DNA from: an uncultured Megasphaera sp.
Lineage (GTDB): Bacteria > Bacillota > Negativicutes > Veillonellales > Megasphaeraceae
Length of the DNA stretch: 64,000 bases
Direction: 5' to 3'
NCBI GenBank assembly: GCA_934202965.1
Contig: CAKPYN010000006.1
Span: forward strand, 37,141 to 101,140
Part shown: one piece after another, positions 63,475 to 64,000 of the stretch
Position numbering within the stretch: position 1 is the stretch's first letter
Layout: each line of letters starts with the position of its first letter
Made by a program: the position numbers and the translations under genes
Notes under the pieces: model-generated
Database searches by the model: none
What the model was told of the DNA's origin: nothing
Seen by the model: the letters and a program-made list of their open reading frames with translations, nothing else

Positions 63475-64000
63475 TTATAAAATTCCTCGCAAAAAATGAC
63501 CTCGCGTTACAGCCTGATTTTCTTTACTAAATAGCATCGTTTCCAAGCCGTCGCATAACCGTCTGTATTGCGTTGTCATCTGTTCAATCCAGGCTGCTGA
63601 ACGGCCTCGCCCTTCAATTCGCAGCCATTGGATACCTGCTCGCTGCAGCTCATGAAAATACGGTACCATATCCAAATCTTTACTATTTAGAATATGATTC
63701 CGGCAATACTGATCCGTTACAATAGGAAATTGTTCATCTCGGCGGTCCTGCAGGGCAAATGTATGATGCACACACGGTGCCGGACACATTTTTTTGCATC
63801 CCTTACCATCAAATGCTGCCATCGAGCAATATTCCGTAATCATCATTTCCAGTTTACCCTGTACGACAGCTTCCAGCGGTACCGTACTGTTTGCTGCGAT
63901 TTTCTGAATCTGCCGCAGCGACGCTTCCGTCGATACCGTAATGCCCTGACAGCCTAAGCGTACATATTCCTGCGCTGCTAAGCTATTAAATATATTCAAG
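63475..64000 (-). CDS. U32-family peptidase (C-terminal part; truncated by the window edge)
   Basis: The ORF runs into the window end with no true start (the first track codon is TTG at 63999). U32-like blocks GITVSTEASLRQI and Cys-rich CSMAAFDGKGCKKMCPAPC. Confidence 0.75.
   Translation of the reverse strand, partial: LNIFNSLAAQEYVRLGCQGITVSTEASLRQIQKIAANSTVPLEAVVQGKLEMMITEYCSMAAFDGKGCKKMCPAPCVHHTFALQDRRDEQFPIVTDQYCRNHILNSKDLDMVPYFHELQRAGIQWLRIEGRGRSAAWIEQMTTQYRRLCDGLETMLFSKENQAVTRGHFLRGIL

Noticed and set aside
1-64000. Search for CRISPR arrays, IS elements, integrases, prophage genes, toxin-antitoxin pairs and known defence systems
   Set aside because: I saw no direct-repeat arrays, inverted terminal repeats, or transposase, integrase or phage-like ORFs. 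Gene content and strand bias are typical of core chromosome.

Overview
Mostly housekeeping chromosomal segment of a Firmicutes-type genome, with about 55 protein genes, nearly all on the minus strand, and one tRNA-Leu(CAG). Classical Firmicute operons (rimP-nusA-ylxR-ylxQ-infB-rbfA-nrnA-truB-ribF; polA-mutM-coaE-slt) sit beside two tandem triple-SLH envelope proteins. That combination suggests a diderm Negativicute (Veillonellaceae or Selenomonadales-like), which is an inference. Left to right the window holds: sufCBDSU; a SCIFF ribosomal peptide with its radical-SAM/SPASM maturase (the 46-aa peptide is missing from the ORF track); nth, larE, an ADP-ribosylglycohydrolase and pncB; split transketolase; two tandem paralogous aminotransferases; the translation/NusA operon; tRNA-Leu; the polA block; htpG with a CIRCE-like operator; and phosphohexomutase. 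Next is a four-gene cluster of a small glycine-zipper membrane protein, two Cys-less HMA-like proteins and an atypical P1B-type ATPase. I read this cluster as a ferrosome (fez)-like iron-organelle locus with a Fur-box-like site upstream. The rest is a 750-aa membrane-anchored low-complexity protein; the SLH paralogs; asparaginase and a permease; NfeD-FloA; and a class-III aminotransferase / cytidylate-kinase-like / permease operon, followed by a metallophosphoesterase, mutS2 and a truncated U32 peptidase. In that operon an APC permease is fused to an Fe-ADH-fold domain that has lost its metal ligands. I saw no rRNA, CRISPR array, transposase, integrase or prophage genes. Three operons have terminator-like hairpins inside their 5' leaders, which are candidate attenuators. 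All functional calls come from motif and family recognition by eye, with no searches run.
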